A DNA stretch of 64,000 bases, taken from an uncultured cyanobacterium (GTDB lineage: Bacteria; Cyanobacteriota; Cyanobacteriia; Leptolyngbyales; Leptolyngbyaceae). Under the pieces are notes generated by a model that was not told the origin of the DNA, searched no databases, and saw only the letters and a list, made by a program, of their open reading frames with translations. The translations under genes and the position numbers were made by a program. Shown here piece by piece: positions 28,465-37,889 of this stretch (its first letter is position 1; each line of letters opens with the position of its first letter). The stretch lies in assembly GCA_963766075.1 (NCBI GenBank), contig CAVYAN010000051.1:25859-89858 (forward strand), given 5' to 3'.

Positions 28465-28483
28465 ATTGAGAATTTGAGGCAAT
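28465..28483. promoter_or_regulatory. Putative Fur box over the promoter of the TonB-like gene
   Basis: ATTGAGAATTTGAGGCAAT (one good ATTGAGAAT half-site, ATTG/CAAT ends) next to a minus-strand TAAGAT -10 at 28454-28459. Confidence 0.45.
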
Positions 28484-28885
28484 AAACTGGAGTGATTGTG
28501 TGGCAATAGCGGCTCAGCGAGTATCCATTCCTGTCCTGAGGGCGATTTGAAGGGATTGGCGCTCTCAGCGTTTCCTCAGGCAAGTCTTATCTATTTCACG
28601 CTGGGTTTCATCAGCACCTCAGATAACCAGGATTTAATCAGAGTCATCGTTAACCCCCTAGATCCCCTAGATATCGTTAATGGCTCGATTTCTATTGATT
28701 CCTCAAGGAGATTCATGATGATCGAGTAACCTCAAGATTTTCACGATGCGCTATGGGGCACCGTAGAATGATTGTGGGGTTTGCTTGCGGGTGGGCTTGC
28801 TGACTGGGGCGAATGTCGCCGCCCCTGCCAATTCGATCCTGCCAATTCGATATTGAGCCTTCACCCATGATTTAGGAGTATTGCT

Positions 28886-29566
28886 ATGACAGCCCCGGCC
28901 CACATTCTCCTGGTAGAAGATGAAGTGAAGCTGGCTCGGTTTGTGGAGCTTGAATTGAGCAGTGAGGGCTATCGCATTAGTGTTGCCCACGATGGTATGA
29001 CAGGGCTCTCCTTGGCCCGGGAAACGGCTCCAGATTTGGCAATTTTGGATTGGATGGTGCCTGGGTTATCGGGGTTGGAGCTGTGTCGGCGGTTGCGGGC
29101 CACGGGCAGTAAAATCCCGGTAATTATGCTGACCGCACGGGATGAGGTGGGCGATCGCGTGGCAGGCCTCGATGCTGGCGCGGATGACTATGTGGTCAAA
29201 CCCTTTAGCATTGAAGAGTTGTTGGCGCGGGTGAGGGCTCATTTGCGCCGCACGCAGGAAGATGAAGCGGATACTGTGCAATTTGAGGATCTTCGCTTGA
29301 ATCGGCTCACGCGGGAGGTTTTTCGTGGCCAGCGGCTGATTGATCTAACCGCAAAAGAATTTGATTTATTGGACTATCTGTTTACCCATCCGCGCCAGGT
29401 GTTTACCCGCGATCAAATCCTGGAACATGTCTGGGGCTATGATTTCATGGGCGACTCTAACATTATCGAGGTCTATGTCCGCTATCTGCGGTTGAAGCTC
29501 GAAGAGCAGGGAGAAAAACGATTGGTTCACACGGTGCGTGGTGTGGGGTATGCTCTGCGCGAGTAG
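28886..29566 (+). CDS. OmpR-family response regulator (no adjacent kinase)
   Basis: [29 protein letters not shown], wHTH ending TVRGVGY. Confidence 0.95.
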   Translation: MTAPAHILLVEDEVKLARFVELELSSEGYRISVAHDGMTGLSLARETAPDLAILDWMVPGLSGLELCRRLRATGSKIPVIMLTARDEVGDRVAGLDAGADDYVVKPFSIEELLARVRAHLRRTQEDEADTVQFEDLRLNRLTREVFRGQRLIDLTAKEFDLLDYLFTHPRQVFTRDQILEHVWGYDFMGDSNIIEVYVRYLRLKLEEQGEKRLVHTVRGVGYALRE

Positions 29567-29588
29567 AGAATTGAGGACTGCTGTAGGT

Positions 29589-30092
29589 ATGATGCAGATT
29601 CGAGATGCGATCGCGACGGATTTGCCCGCGATCGTTGAGATTTATAATGCGACGATTGCGAGTCGGATTGTCACAGCGGATATGGAGCCAGTATCGGTTG
29701 AGAGCCGCTGGGCATGGTTTCAGGCCCACCAGCCAAATCGGTATCCGCTGTGGGTGATGGTAGATGATGCCGAGGTTTTGGGCTGGCTGGGGTTTCAACC
29801 CTTTTATGGGCGACCAGCCTATGCCCAAACAGCAGAATTGAGTATTTATATTGCCCCGAGTCACCGGCGGCGCGGCATTGGGCAATCCTTGTTGCAGCAG
29901 GCGATCGCCCACAGTCCAGCCCTTGGCATCTACACCCTGATGGGTTTTATCTTTGCTGATAATGTCGCCAGTGTGCAGTTATTTCAACGGTTTGAGTTTG
30001 AGTCGTGGGGCTGTCTGCCGCGGGTGGCGAACTTTGACGGCGTGGAACGGGATCTGGTGATTTTAGGACGGCGGTTGGGCGATCGTGCGTGA
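29589..30092 (+). CDS. GNAT acetyltransferase, phosphinothricin/methionine-sulfoximine type
   Basis: IRDA...DLPAIVEIYN, RPAY..TAELSIYI, RRRGIG, N.AS..LF. Confidence 0.9.
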   Translation: MMQIRDAIATDLPAIVEIYNATIASRIVTADMEPVSVESRWAWFQAHQPNRYPLWVMVDDAEVLGWLGFQPFYGRPAYAQTAELSIYIAPSHRRRGIGQSLLQQAIAHSPALGIYTLMGFIFADNVASVQLFQRFEFESWGCLPRVANFDGVERDLVILGRRLGDRA

Positions 30093-30175
30093 GGGGATCG
30101 GGCAGGTTGATTAGAGCGGAATCGCAGGCCGATCGCGGTGGATTCCCTGATGTCCTTGCGTTTATATCTTTGCGT

Positions 30176-30871
30176 TTATACCGTTGAGATCGCAGCAGGT
30201 TTCCAAGCGGCTAACCCTGTTAATACGTCTGCCGCGCTGGCTGTCCAACCGACAATGCCCCCTTGGGCACGCACCATTTCCAGGGTGGCTTGCTTAAATT
30301 CAGGAAAGTAGCTTTCGGTGCAGTCTGACACCATGAGGCATTCATAGCCGCGATCGTTAGCTTCGCGCATTGTGGTTTGGACACAGACCTCGGTGGTGAC
30401 TCCCGTAATCATCAGATGAGTAATGTTCTGCGCTTTGAGAATGTCAGACAAATCGGTGTTGTAAAATGCGCCCTTGCCCGGTTTGTGGATAATAAATTCA
30501 CCCGGCAGGGGGGCCAGTTCGGGAATGATGCCATTGCCCGGTTCGCCCTTGACCAAAATCCGCCCCATGGGGCCTTTTGAGCCAATGGTTAGGTCACTGC
30601 GCCCCCGCTTGATCTTGGCTGGAGGACAGTCCGATAGATCCGGTGCATGGCATTCCAGGGTATGGATAACGGGCAGGTGGAGCTGGCGAAACCCAGCTAG
30701 CAATGTCTGGAGCGTGGGCACGATCGCCCGCAGCAACATCACATCATTGCCCAAGGCATCCCCAAAGCCACCGGGCTCCATAAAATCCCGCTGCATGTCA
30801 ATGATCACCAACGCCACCTGACCTGATTCCGGCAGTGCGTATTCGTAAGGCTGAGCTGCGATCGCCACCAT
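30176..30871 (-). CDS. trtA: Isochorismatase-family cysteine hydrolase, triuret hydrolase (TrtA)-like
   Basis: D-K-C triad ([23 protein letters not shown]); GGFG.ALGND and EVCVQ match the TrtA pattern rather than BiuH (GGY..MGYD, DVCV). Confidence 0.7.
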   Translation of the reverse strand: MVAIAAQPYEYALPESGQVALVIIDMQRDFMEPGGFGDALGNDVMLLRAIVPTLQTLLAGFRQLHLPVIHTLECHAPDLSDCPPAKIKRGRSDLTIGSKGPMGRILVKGEPGNGIIPELAPLPGEFIIHKPGKGAFYNTDLSDILKAQNITHLMITGVTTEVCVQTTMREANDRGYECLMVSDCTESYFPEFKQATLEMVRAQGGIVGWTASAADVLTGLAAWKPAAISTV

Positions 30872-30991
30872 AATATAAATTTCCTCCAAGACATTGACCT
30901 ACGACGGCTAATTTCGACCTGAAACCACCGCTATAGCACTGCAATCCAAACGCCTTTCTGGGAGGCCCCATCAGGCTCTATATCCAAAATC

Positions 30992-32548
30992 CTAGTGTCC
31001 CGCCATACTGCGACCAATTTCGGCAAAATCTGCCGTTTCAATCGGGCTTTCGTAGGCAAACTCACCGCCGCTGATCACCAGAATCCGATCCGCCAGCTTG
31101 AGCAGTTCGTCCAAATCCTCGCTGACGAGCAGCACTGCCACACCACGGTTGCGGGCGGCCAGAATCTCGCTGTGAATGTAATCTACGGCAGCAAAGTCCA
31201 GACCAAAGCAAGGATTGGCCGCAATCAACAGTTGGATATGCTCTGAATGCAATTCCCGCGCCAGCACTGTCCGCTGCACGTTACCGCCGGAGAGGTTTCC
31301 GACGGGGGTTTCAGGCGAGGGGGTTTTAATCCGAAAGGTGCCGATTAAGGTTTGGGCCATCTCGCGGATGGCGCTAAAGATCAGCAGAACGCCACCCTTG
31401 GCTTGGGGCGGGCGATCAAAGGTCCGAAATGCCAGATTTTCGGCAACACTCATGTGGGCGACGCAGGCATTTTTCAGAGGCTCTTCCGGCAGAACAAAGA
31501 CCTTGTGCCGGAACATTTCGGCGCGGGTCGCCCGGTAGGGCGTGCCGTTAACGAGAACCTCGCCGCTGGTAGAATCCCGCTGCCCAGCCAGGACTTCGAC
31601 GAGTTCTCGCTGTCCGTTTCCAGAAATCCCCGCAATCCCCACGATTTCGCCATTCGATACACTGAGGTTGACCCGTGAGACGCCCTCAAATCCATTGTCT
31701 TTGTTGGCGCAGAGGTTAACCAGTTGCAGCACTGGCTTGGGGTCAGGGTGGGCAATCTTTTCAACGGGCTGCGGCTCGCGCTTTTCGCCCATCATCATCT
31801 CGGCCATGTCGCCAATGGATAGATTACTTACTTTACCGCTACCCGCGAATTTTCCTTTGCGCAGCACGGTAATTTCGTCAGCAAAACCGGTGATTTCCCG
31901 GAATTTATGGCTGATCAGCAAAACGCTGAGCTTGTTGGCGGTAACTTGCTCGCGAATGAGGCCAAAGACTTCGTCGGCTTCGGCAGGGGTGAGGACCGAG
32001 GTGGGCTCATCTAAAATTAGAATTCGGCTCTGTAAATACAGCTGCTTGAGGATTTCGAGTTTTTGCTTTTGTCCGGCAGCAAGTTGGGCAATGGGCAGGT
32101 CCAAAGGGACTTTGAAGGGGGCGATCGCCATAAAGGCTTCCAGGCGATCACGCTCCGCCTTCCAATTGATCAAATTAGTGCTGTCAAACCGTGACAGCAC
32201 CAAATTTTCCGCTACCGTCATCGCAGGCACAGATGTAAAGTGTTGATACACCATGCCAATGCCATATTGATGGGCATCCTTAGGACTCCCAATCTCCACC
32301 GTTCGACCATTAATCTGGATTTCCCCGGAAGTGGGCGTGTAGAAGCCCATAATGCACTTCACCAAGGTACTTTTGCCCGCGCCATTCTCTCCCAGTAGCG
32401 CATGGAAGGTTCCTGGCTTTAGCGTCATGGAAACATTGTCCAAGGCGACTAAGGAGCCAAACTGCTTCGTCATATTCACCACATGCAGTTCTGGAGGGGC
32501 TGCCTCATGCTGGACCGCAGGCGTAGATGTATTCAGGACTTCAGTCAT
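30992..32548 (-). CDS. ABC transporter ATP-binding protein (two NBDs, nucleoside/BMP type)
   Basis: GENGAGKST, LDEPTSVL, LSGGNVQ, VSEDLDEL. Confidence 0.93.
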   Translation of the reverse strand: MTEVLNTSTPAVQHEAAPPELHVVNMTKQFGSLVALDNVSMTLKPGTFHALLGENGAGKSTLVKCIMGFYTPTSGEIQINGRTVEIGSPKDAHQYGIGMVYQHFTSVPAMTVAENLVLSRFDSTNLINWKAERDRLEAFMAIAPFKVPLDLPIAQLAAGQKQKLEILKQLYLQSRILILDEPTSVLTPAEADEVFGLIREQVTANKLSVLLISHKFREITGFADEITVLRKGKFAGSGKVSNLSIGDMAEMMMGEKREPQPVEKIAHPDPKPVLQLVNLCANKDNGFEGVSRVNLSVSNGEIVGIAGISGNGQRELVEVLAGQRDSTSGEVLVNGTPYRATRAEMFRHKVFVLPEEPLKNACVAHMSVAENLAFRTFDRPPQAKGGVLLIFSAIREMAQTLIGTFRIKTPSPETPVGNLSGGNVQRTVLARELHSEHIQLLIAANPCFGLDFAAVDYIHSEILAARNRGVAVLLVSEDLDELLKLADRILVISGGEFAYESPIETADFAEIGRSMAGH

Positions 32549-32711
32549 CTCTATCACTCCATTTTGCATGAGTCTTACAGTCCGCTTGAATCCTCGTTGA
32601 CTGGACCCAAGCGACTCCGGACTTGAACCACTCCAGACCTTAACTATTCCAGACCCTAACCACTTCAGACCCCAAATCCGTTAAAACCATTTAGGGTCCG
32701 AAACTCCAACT

Positions 32712-33662
32712 CTAGCCACTGATCGTTCCTAGGGCTCCGGGTGCGCCCGTGAGTGTCCTCTTCGGTGAACAGGTCACTACCATAATCAACAACGTCAGCA
32801 CATAGGGAGCTGCATTGAACAAATAGTACCCGCCTTCTACACCCACGGCCTGTAAGGCCGGACCAATCGCCTGTGCTCCGCCAAAAAACAGCGATGCCCA
32901 AAGACATTGAACGGGGTTCCAGCGGGCAAAAATTACGAGTGCCACAGCCATTAATCCCTGGCCACTTGAAATTCGCTCCGTCCAGCTACCGGGATAGACC
33001 AAGGACAAATAGGCCCCGCCAATTCCCGCTAAAAAACTGCCTGCAATGATGCACAGCATCCGCACCTGTTTAATCGAGACCCCCATGGCCAGTGCCGCAT
33101 CAGGACTATCGCCCACTGCACGAATAAACAATCCCCAACGGGTATTTTTGAAAAACCACTGCATGACAAATGGGAGAATCACGCCAATAATAAATAGTGG
33201 ACTAATTTTGAGTGCTGATTCCAATTGGGGTAAATTGCTCCAAGCCCCTAGTTCAATTGAGGGCAGTTGCGGGGCTTTAGGCTGGATGTAGGGCTTGCCC
33301 AAAAAGAAGGCCAACCCACTGCCAAAGATGATCATGGCAATGCCGACAGCGACATCATTCACCTTTGGCTGCTGCGATAGCCAAGCATGGATAAAGCCCA
33401 TCAGCATACCCGCTACCCCTGCTGCCAAAACGCCAACCCAGGGGGATAGCCCTGCTCCCAGAGCCTTTTCCGATAGATAAGACACCGCATAGGCACTCAT
33501 TGCACCCATCAGCAGTGCTCCTTCTAGACCCAGATTAATCTTGCCGCTTTTTTCCGTCAGACATTCGCCCAAACTGACGAATAGAAATGGGGCTCCGCCG
33601 CGCACGGTGCCTGCCAAGATACCGAGGGGAACGCCCCACCAACCAAGTGCTTCTGTTGCCAT
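32712..33662 (-). CDS. ABC transporter permease (BPD_transp_2)
   Basis: GECLTEKSGKINLGLEG, GQGLMAVALVIFARWNP, PYVLTL. Confidence 0.92.
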   Translation of the reverse strand: MATEALGWWGVPLGILAGTVRGGAPFLFVSLGECLTEKSGKINLGLEGALLMGAMSAYAVSYLSEKALGAGLSPWVGVLAAGVAGMLMGFIHAWLSQQPKVNDVAVGIAMIIFGSGLAFFLGKPYIQPKAPQLPSIELGAWSNLPQLESALKISPLFIIGVILPFVMQWFFKNTRWGLFIRAVGDSPDAALAMGVSIKQVRMLCIIAGSFLAGIGGAYLSLVYPGSWTERISSGQGLMAVALVIFARWNPVQCLWASLFFGGAQAIGPALQAVGVEGGYYLFNAAPYVLTLLIMVVTCSPKRTLTGAPGALGTISG

Positions 33663-33867
33663 AGGTCCTTTACAAATAGATCTTGAAACAAATTAGGGCT
33701 TAAACAAGACGAAGTGGGTATACCAGAAGAGCCAGACTAAAGGCCAAACATACAAGGATAGAGAATTGACTGTTTGTGTAAGCTCTCCTGTAGGGAAATC
33801 GCTGTGACAATGCCGAGGGTAGCAGCGCCAAGTGTGACAGTAAAGAGTTTGACACGGAAGAGATAAA

Positions 33868-34977
33868 TTAGCCGGGTGACGCTACCTTCGTGGCGAGTGA
33901 GGGTGGAGGACTCTTGGTGGGCGACTCTTTGAACATGGCGAATTTGCCATAAAGAGAGTCGCTGTAAAGTACAACCAGGAAAACCAGGCCCTGAAAGACC
34001 ATGACAGAGGCATCCGGTAGATTGAGGGTCCGCTGTAACGCCCCACCACTGGCAAGAATCCCGCCCAGCATGACGGCAACAATGCTTGCTGCTAGAGGAT
34101 TATAGCGAGCTACAAATGCGACCAGAATTCCAGCGTAGCCATAACCGGCTACCAAGGATTCGTTGGCACGACTATGGACTGCCGCTACTTCCACCATACC
34201 TGCGAGGCCAGCACAGGAGCCAGCCAGAAAGCAGATAATGATAGTGAGTTTGCCCACGGGCAGGCCAGTTAGACGGGCGGCCTTAACATTTCCTCCGGCG
34301 GTACGAGCTGCAAAGCCAAAAGTGGTGTGCTGAATTAGGAAGTAAGCAATGATGCAGGCAATGATGCCGTAGATGAGCCCGTAGTGAATCCGGGTGTCTC
34401 CAATCATGCCTAGCTTGTCTTCAACGGGGATGGGATAGCTGGAAGGCTTGTTGAGGGATGTTGGGTCTCGCATGGGACCGCCCACCAAATGATTTAAAAG
34501 GGCAATCGCAATGTAGTTCATTAACAAACTGCTAATGGTTTCATTGACAGCTCGGTAATGGCGTAGCGCCCCGACGATCGCAATCCAGATGCCGCCCGCG
34601 AAAATGCTGGCGATCGCCATCCCAAGTTGGGTGATGAATGGGGGGGCGATCGGGGCTAAACTCAACCCTGCGATCACCGCTCCCAAGCCCCCCATCACCA
34701 AAGCGCCCTCGTTACCAATAATCATCAATCCTAGACGCGCAGGCAATGCTGTACAGAGGGCTGTCAGCATCAGAGGTGCGGCTCGAATGAGAGTATTCTG
34801 AAAGGAAAACCAATTCCCAAAGGCGGCCTTATAAATTGTCCCGTACACCGCTAGAGGATTAGCGCCTGCCGCCGCACAAAAACCCCCAAACAGAACTAGA
34901 GCGAACACTACAGAGGCGAGCGGTATCACAATAGCCTCTGCGACTTTGCGCCAGTTTGAACTGCTGATCATGGCCAT
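33868..34977 (-). CDS. ABC transporter permease (BPD_transp_2)
   Basis: IGNEG, VNETISSLLMNYIA, GYGYAGILVAF. Confidence 0.92.
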   Translation of the reverse strand: MAMISSSNWRKVAEAIVIPLASVVFALVLFGGFCAAAGANPLAVYGTIYKAAFGNWFSFQNTLIRAAPLMLTALCTALPARLGLMIIGNEGALVMGGLGAVIAGLSLAPIAPPFITQLGMAIASIFAGGIWIAIVGALRHYRAVNETISSLLMNYIAIALLNHLVGGPMRDPTSLNKPSSYPIPVEDKLGMIGDTRIHYGLIYGIIACIIAYFLIQHTTFGFAARTAGGNVKAARLTGLPVGKLTIIICFLAGSCAGLAGMVEVAAVHSRANESLVAGYGYAGILVAFVARYNPLAASIVAVMLGGILASGGALQRTLNLPDASVMVFQGLVFLVVLYSDSLYGKFAMFKESPTKSPPPSLATKVASPG

Positions 34978-34997
34978 AGTCAAAAAAGATTGTTGAC

Positions 34998-35040
34998 AGC
35001 GTATGGGAAAACTCTGGCACAGAATGTGCCGTAAATAACA
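34998..35040 (-). promoter_or_regulatory. Putative NtcA-activated (class II-like) promoter of the ABC-trtA operon
   Basis: Minus strand reads tGTTATTTACGGCACa, i.e. GT-N10-AC, then exactly 22 nt, then TACGCT (TAN3T). The box is degenerate versus GTA-N8-TAC. Confidence 0.45.
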
Positions 35041-35481
35041 ATTTCATGGGATCCGCGCCAACGGTGCATTCAGTATGCAGGATTCAAGTTCCTTGCCCTG
35101 AAGCATTGGTAGCTTGGTGCTCTAACTTGGTGCTCTAACTTGAACCCAGGATTGGTATAAACCTTGGCATGAATGTTGGTATAAGTGGTGCAGTTTACTG
35201 CTCTCTCCTCTCCTTTTTTCGTAGGGCTTTGAGGCCGATACCAGAGACTGCTCACCCTTGGGAGTTGGTGCATAATAATGCTTCTGTCGAGGTATTATCG
35301 ATTGAAAATCCGACGAGATAAATCTATTTGATAAGGACAAATTTGAACCAAGTTTGAACCAATTTCAACTACGGCCAGAATTTGACAAACGGACACAGAA
35401 ATGGAAAATGTAGGGGTGATATTTTTGATGAATTAATTGGCAGGGCGAGGACCAGTTGTCGTGAGTCGTGTGTGGAGTGGG

Positions 35482-36486
35482 ATGAATCGAAGATTTTTCA
35501 CAATGGCAGCGTTCGCTGTGCTTTGTTTCGCGACTGTCGTGCTCACGGTTTCTGCGGGGAGCGCCCAGTTGAAAAATGCCATTGGCTTTGAGAGGCCCGG
35601 GTGGTCAGCGGCAGATCCGGTTCCGCAGGCAACCCCGGCCTTAAGACCATCGGTTTCGCGGATGTGTGCCGTACAGCCAACGCGACGTCGAAGCCCGGGT
35701 CAGCGCGTGGCCCCGACGCCTCTGGTTGATCCGGGCGAAACCATGACGCTGGAACGATTTCGAGGACCACTTCTGTCGGAGATAAAAGGAATCAAGCCTC
35801 CAGAAGAAATCGCACTGATTGATCCGAGTAACTATGGCGATCGCTTTCTGAAGGACATAGACGGTAGGCCCGTTCCCCATCAACCGATCATTGTTCTGCA
35901 CGAAACTGTGGGCTCTGCCAGTAGTGTGGTCAACTACTTTCGTACCCCCCATCCCAACGACGACGATCAGGTCAGCTACCATACTCTGGTTAAGTTGAAT
36001 GGAACGGTGGTCTACTTGGTGCCCCCGGAAAAGCGGGCCTTTGGGGCTGGCAATTCAGTATTTAAGGGCGAAAAGGGTCTAGAGACGGTCAAAACCAATG
36101 CGGCTTTTCCTCCTTCCGTGAATAATTTTGCCTATCATATTTCTTTGGAAACTCCGGCAGATGGCGAAAATAATGGGACGCGCCATAGCGGCTATACCGT
36201 GAAGCAATATCAATCCTTGGCTTGGTTAGTGGCTCGTACAGGTGTTCCCAATGAGCGCATCACCATGCACAAAATTGTGGATCGTTCCAGTTCCCGAATC
36301 GACCCTCGCAGTTTCGATTGGCCAGACCTCGTGCGACGGCTCAGTACGTTGCCACGTAGTCAAGAGGTAATCATTGACTGTGTTGCCCCCTCGGACACGG
36401 TCGATAATCCTCCAAGTTCCGCTCCTGCTAAGCCCCAGTCGGATAAGTCAATGCTGCATCCGGGAGTTTTTGGTAAGATGGCGTAG
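35482..36486 (+). CDS. N-acetylmuramoyl-L-alanine amidase (Amidase_2/AmpD-like), exported
   Basis: Signal peptide, IVLHET, VSYH, RAFGAG, HISLE, ITMHK.VD...RIDP. Confidence 0.85.
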   Translation: MNRRFFTMAAFAVLCFATVVLTVSAGSAQLKNAIGFERPGWSAADPVPQATPALRPSVSRMCAVQPTRRRSPGQRVAPTPLVDPGETMTLERFRGPLLSEIKGIKPPEEIALIDPSNYGDRFLKDIDGRPVPHQPIIVLHETVGSASSVVNYFRTPHPNDDDQVSYHTLVKLNGTVVYLVPPEKRAFGAGNSVFKGEKGLETVKTNAAFPPSVNNFAYHISLETPADGENNGTRHSGYTVKQYQSLAWLVARTGVPNERITMHKIVDRSSSRIDPRSFDWPDLVRRLSTLPRSQEVIIDCVAPSDTVDNPPSSAPAKPQSDKSMLHPGVFGKMA

Positions 36487-36554
36487 TTTGATCAGGTGCC
36501 GCAGAGTTTGAATCTTTGAATTACTACTTTTTTGGATCGCCCTTTGGGATTACT

Positions 36555-37799
36555 CTACGGGCGCTGTTCTGCGTTATCCCGCTCAGTTCTCACCCACTGA
36601 GTCTGTGGCTTAGTAAAAAATTTGAAATAGAGGGGAATTTTCCAGAGAATGTATAGGGGAATGGCGAGCAGTGCCTGAGATGGGATCATGTCGCTAGCGA
36701 ACTTTGCCCAAGAAATGAATACAGAGGTGAAGATCAAGCCAGTGCCCAGTCCGGCAACTATTGCGGGCAGTAGAAAGCCCCCGAATTCTGCCGCCAAGAG
36801 GGCCACACCCGCCAGGGTCAGCCATAACAGTACCAGCAGGGACAGGGGCGGAATGCTCAAATCCAAGGCGAAAATACCCAAGTCCCAGCGTCTTTGCTGG
36901 ATCGCAGCTTGCACTAACCGTGGGACTTGAGTCACCAAGGTCTGCAAATGGCCATGTTCCCATCGCGTTCGTTGACTGGTAGCTGCCCCCATGCGCTGGG
37001 GTAGAATGCCGGTGACTCGAGCGTTGGCGCAGAAGATCGGGGAAACTCCGGCGATCGCCAAATCCACAGACACCTGCATATCCTCAACAATATTGCCACT
37101 GGCGAGAGAAACCTTTTGCAACACGGCCCAGGGAAAGGCCATTCCGGTTCCCCCTAGGATGGCATGGAGACCCATTTGGGAGAGGCCCGCCAGACGAACC
37201 CAATTCTTGACCGTCACCGCCAGGGTCGAAATGGCATACTCTGGCTTCGACTGGTTCGGGGGGGCGAGCAAATAGATGGACTGTACCGGACGCTGCCGTT
37301 CAAAGGCTAAGTGCGCAATTTGGTCGATCGCCCCATCTGCCATTAAGCAGTCTGCATCCACGATGATCACCACGTCTGGAGGGTGATGGGCCAAAACCTG
37401 CAACCCAAAGTCGAGAGCATAGCCCTTGCCCCGGCGCTCAGGATCTTGACGCTCGATCACCGTAGCTCCCGCTTGGCGAGACACTTCGGCAGTATGGTCA
37501 TTGCAATTATCGGCAATCACAATGAGGCGATCTGTTGCTCCTAACTGGGGCAGAAGGGTGGCCAATGTTTGGGGAATGCCAAGGGCTTCATTGTGGGCAG
37601 GGACTAGTACTGCGACACTGGGTTGCGCCCCCGAGTGTTGATCGATAGATTTGATAGAAGATGGGATAGATTTTTGCCCAGATGTTTGGCTAGAGACGAC
37701 TGCCATTAAACATTCCACAAAAAACAATGTGGTGGGTATTAACAACGCCAATGTCATGATCAGTATGGCGATCGCAATCCCTTGGGCCAGATAATTCAT
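36555..37799 (-). CDS. Glycosyltransferase family 2, membrane-bound
   Basis: VPAHNE, ADNC.D, GKGYAL, VDADC, VED, QRTRWEHG. Confidence 0.92.
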   Translation of the reverse strand: MNYLAQGIAIAILIMTLALLIPTTLFFVECLMAVVSSQTSGQKSIPSSIKSIDQHSGAQPSVAVLVPAHNEALGIPQTLATLLPQLGATDRLIVIADNCNDHTAEVSRQAGATVIERQDPERRGKGYALDFGLQVLAHHPPDVVIIVDADCLMADGAIDQIAHLAFERQRPVQSIYLLAPPNQSKPEYAISTLAVTVKNWVRLAGLSQMGLHAILGGTGMAFPWAVLQKVSLASGNIVEDMQVSVDLAIAGVSPIFCANARVTGILPQRMGAATSQRTRWEHGHLQTLVTQVPRLVQAAIQQRRWDLGIFALDLSIPPLSLLVLLWLTLAGVALLAAEFGGFLLPAIVAGLGTGLIFTSVFISWAKFASDMIPSQALLAIPLYILWKIPLYFKFFTKPQTQWVRTERDNAEQRP

Positions 37800-37889
37800 T
37801 TAAAAGACCTTGTCCAGTGAAAAGTGTTTAGGAGTCGGACGTCTGAGTGGACGACGAGGCTAGACGGGCGACGAGGCCAGATGGGAGCA

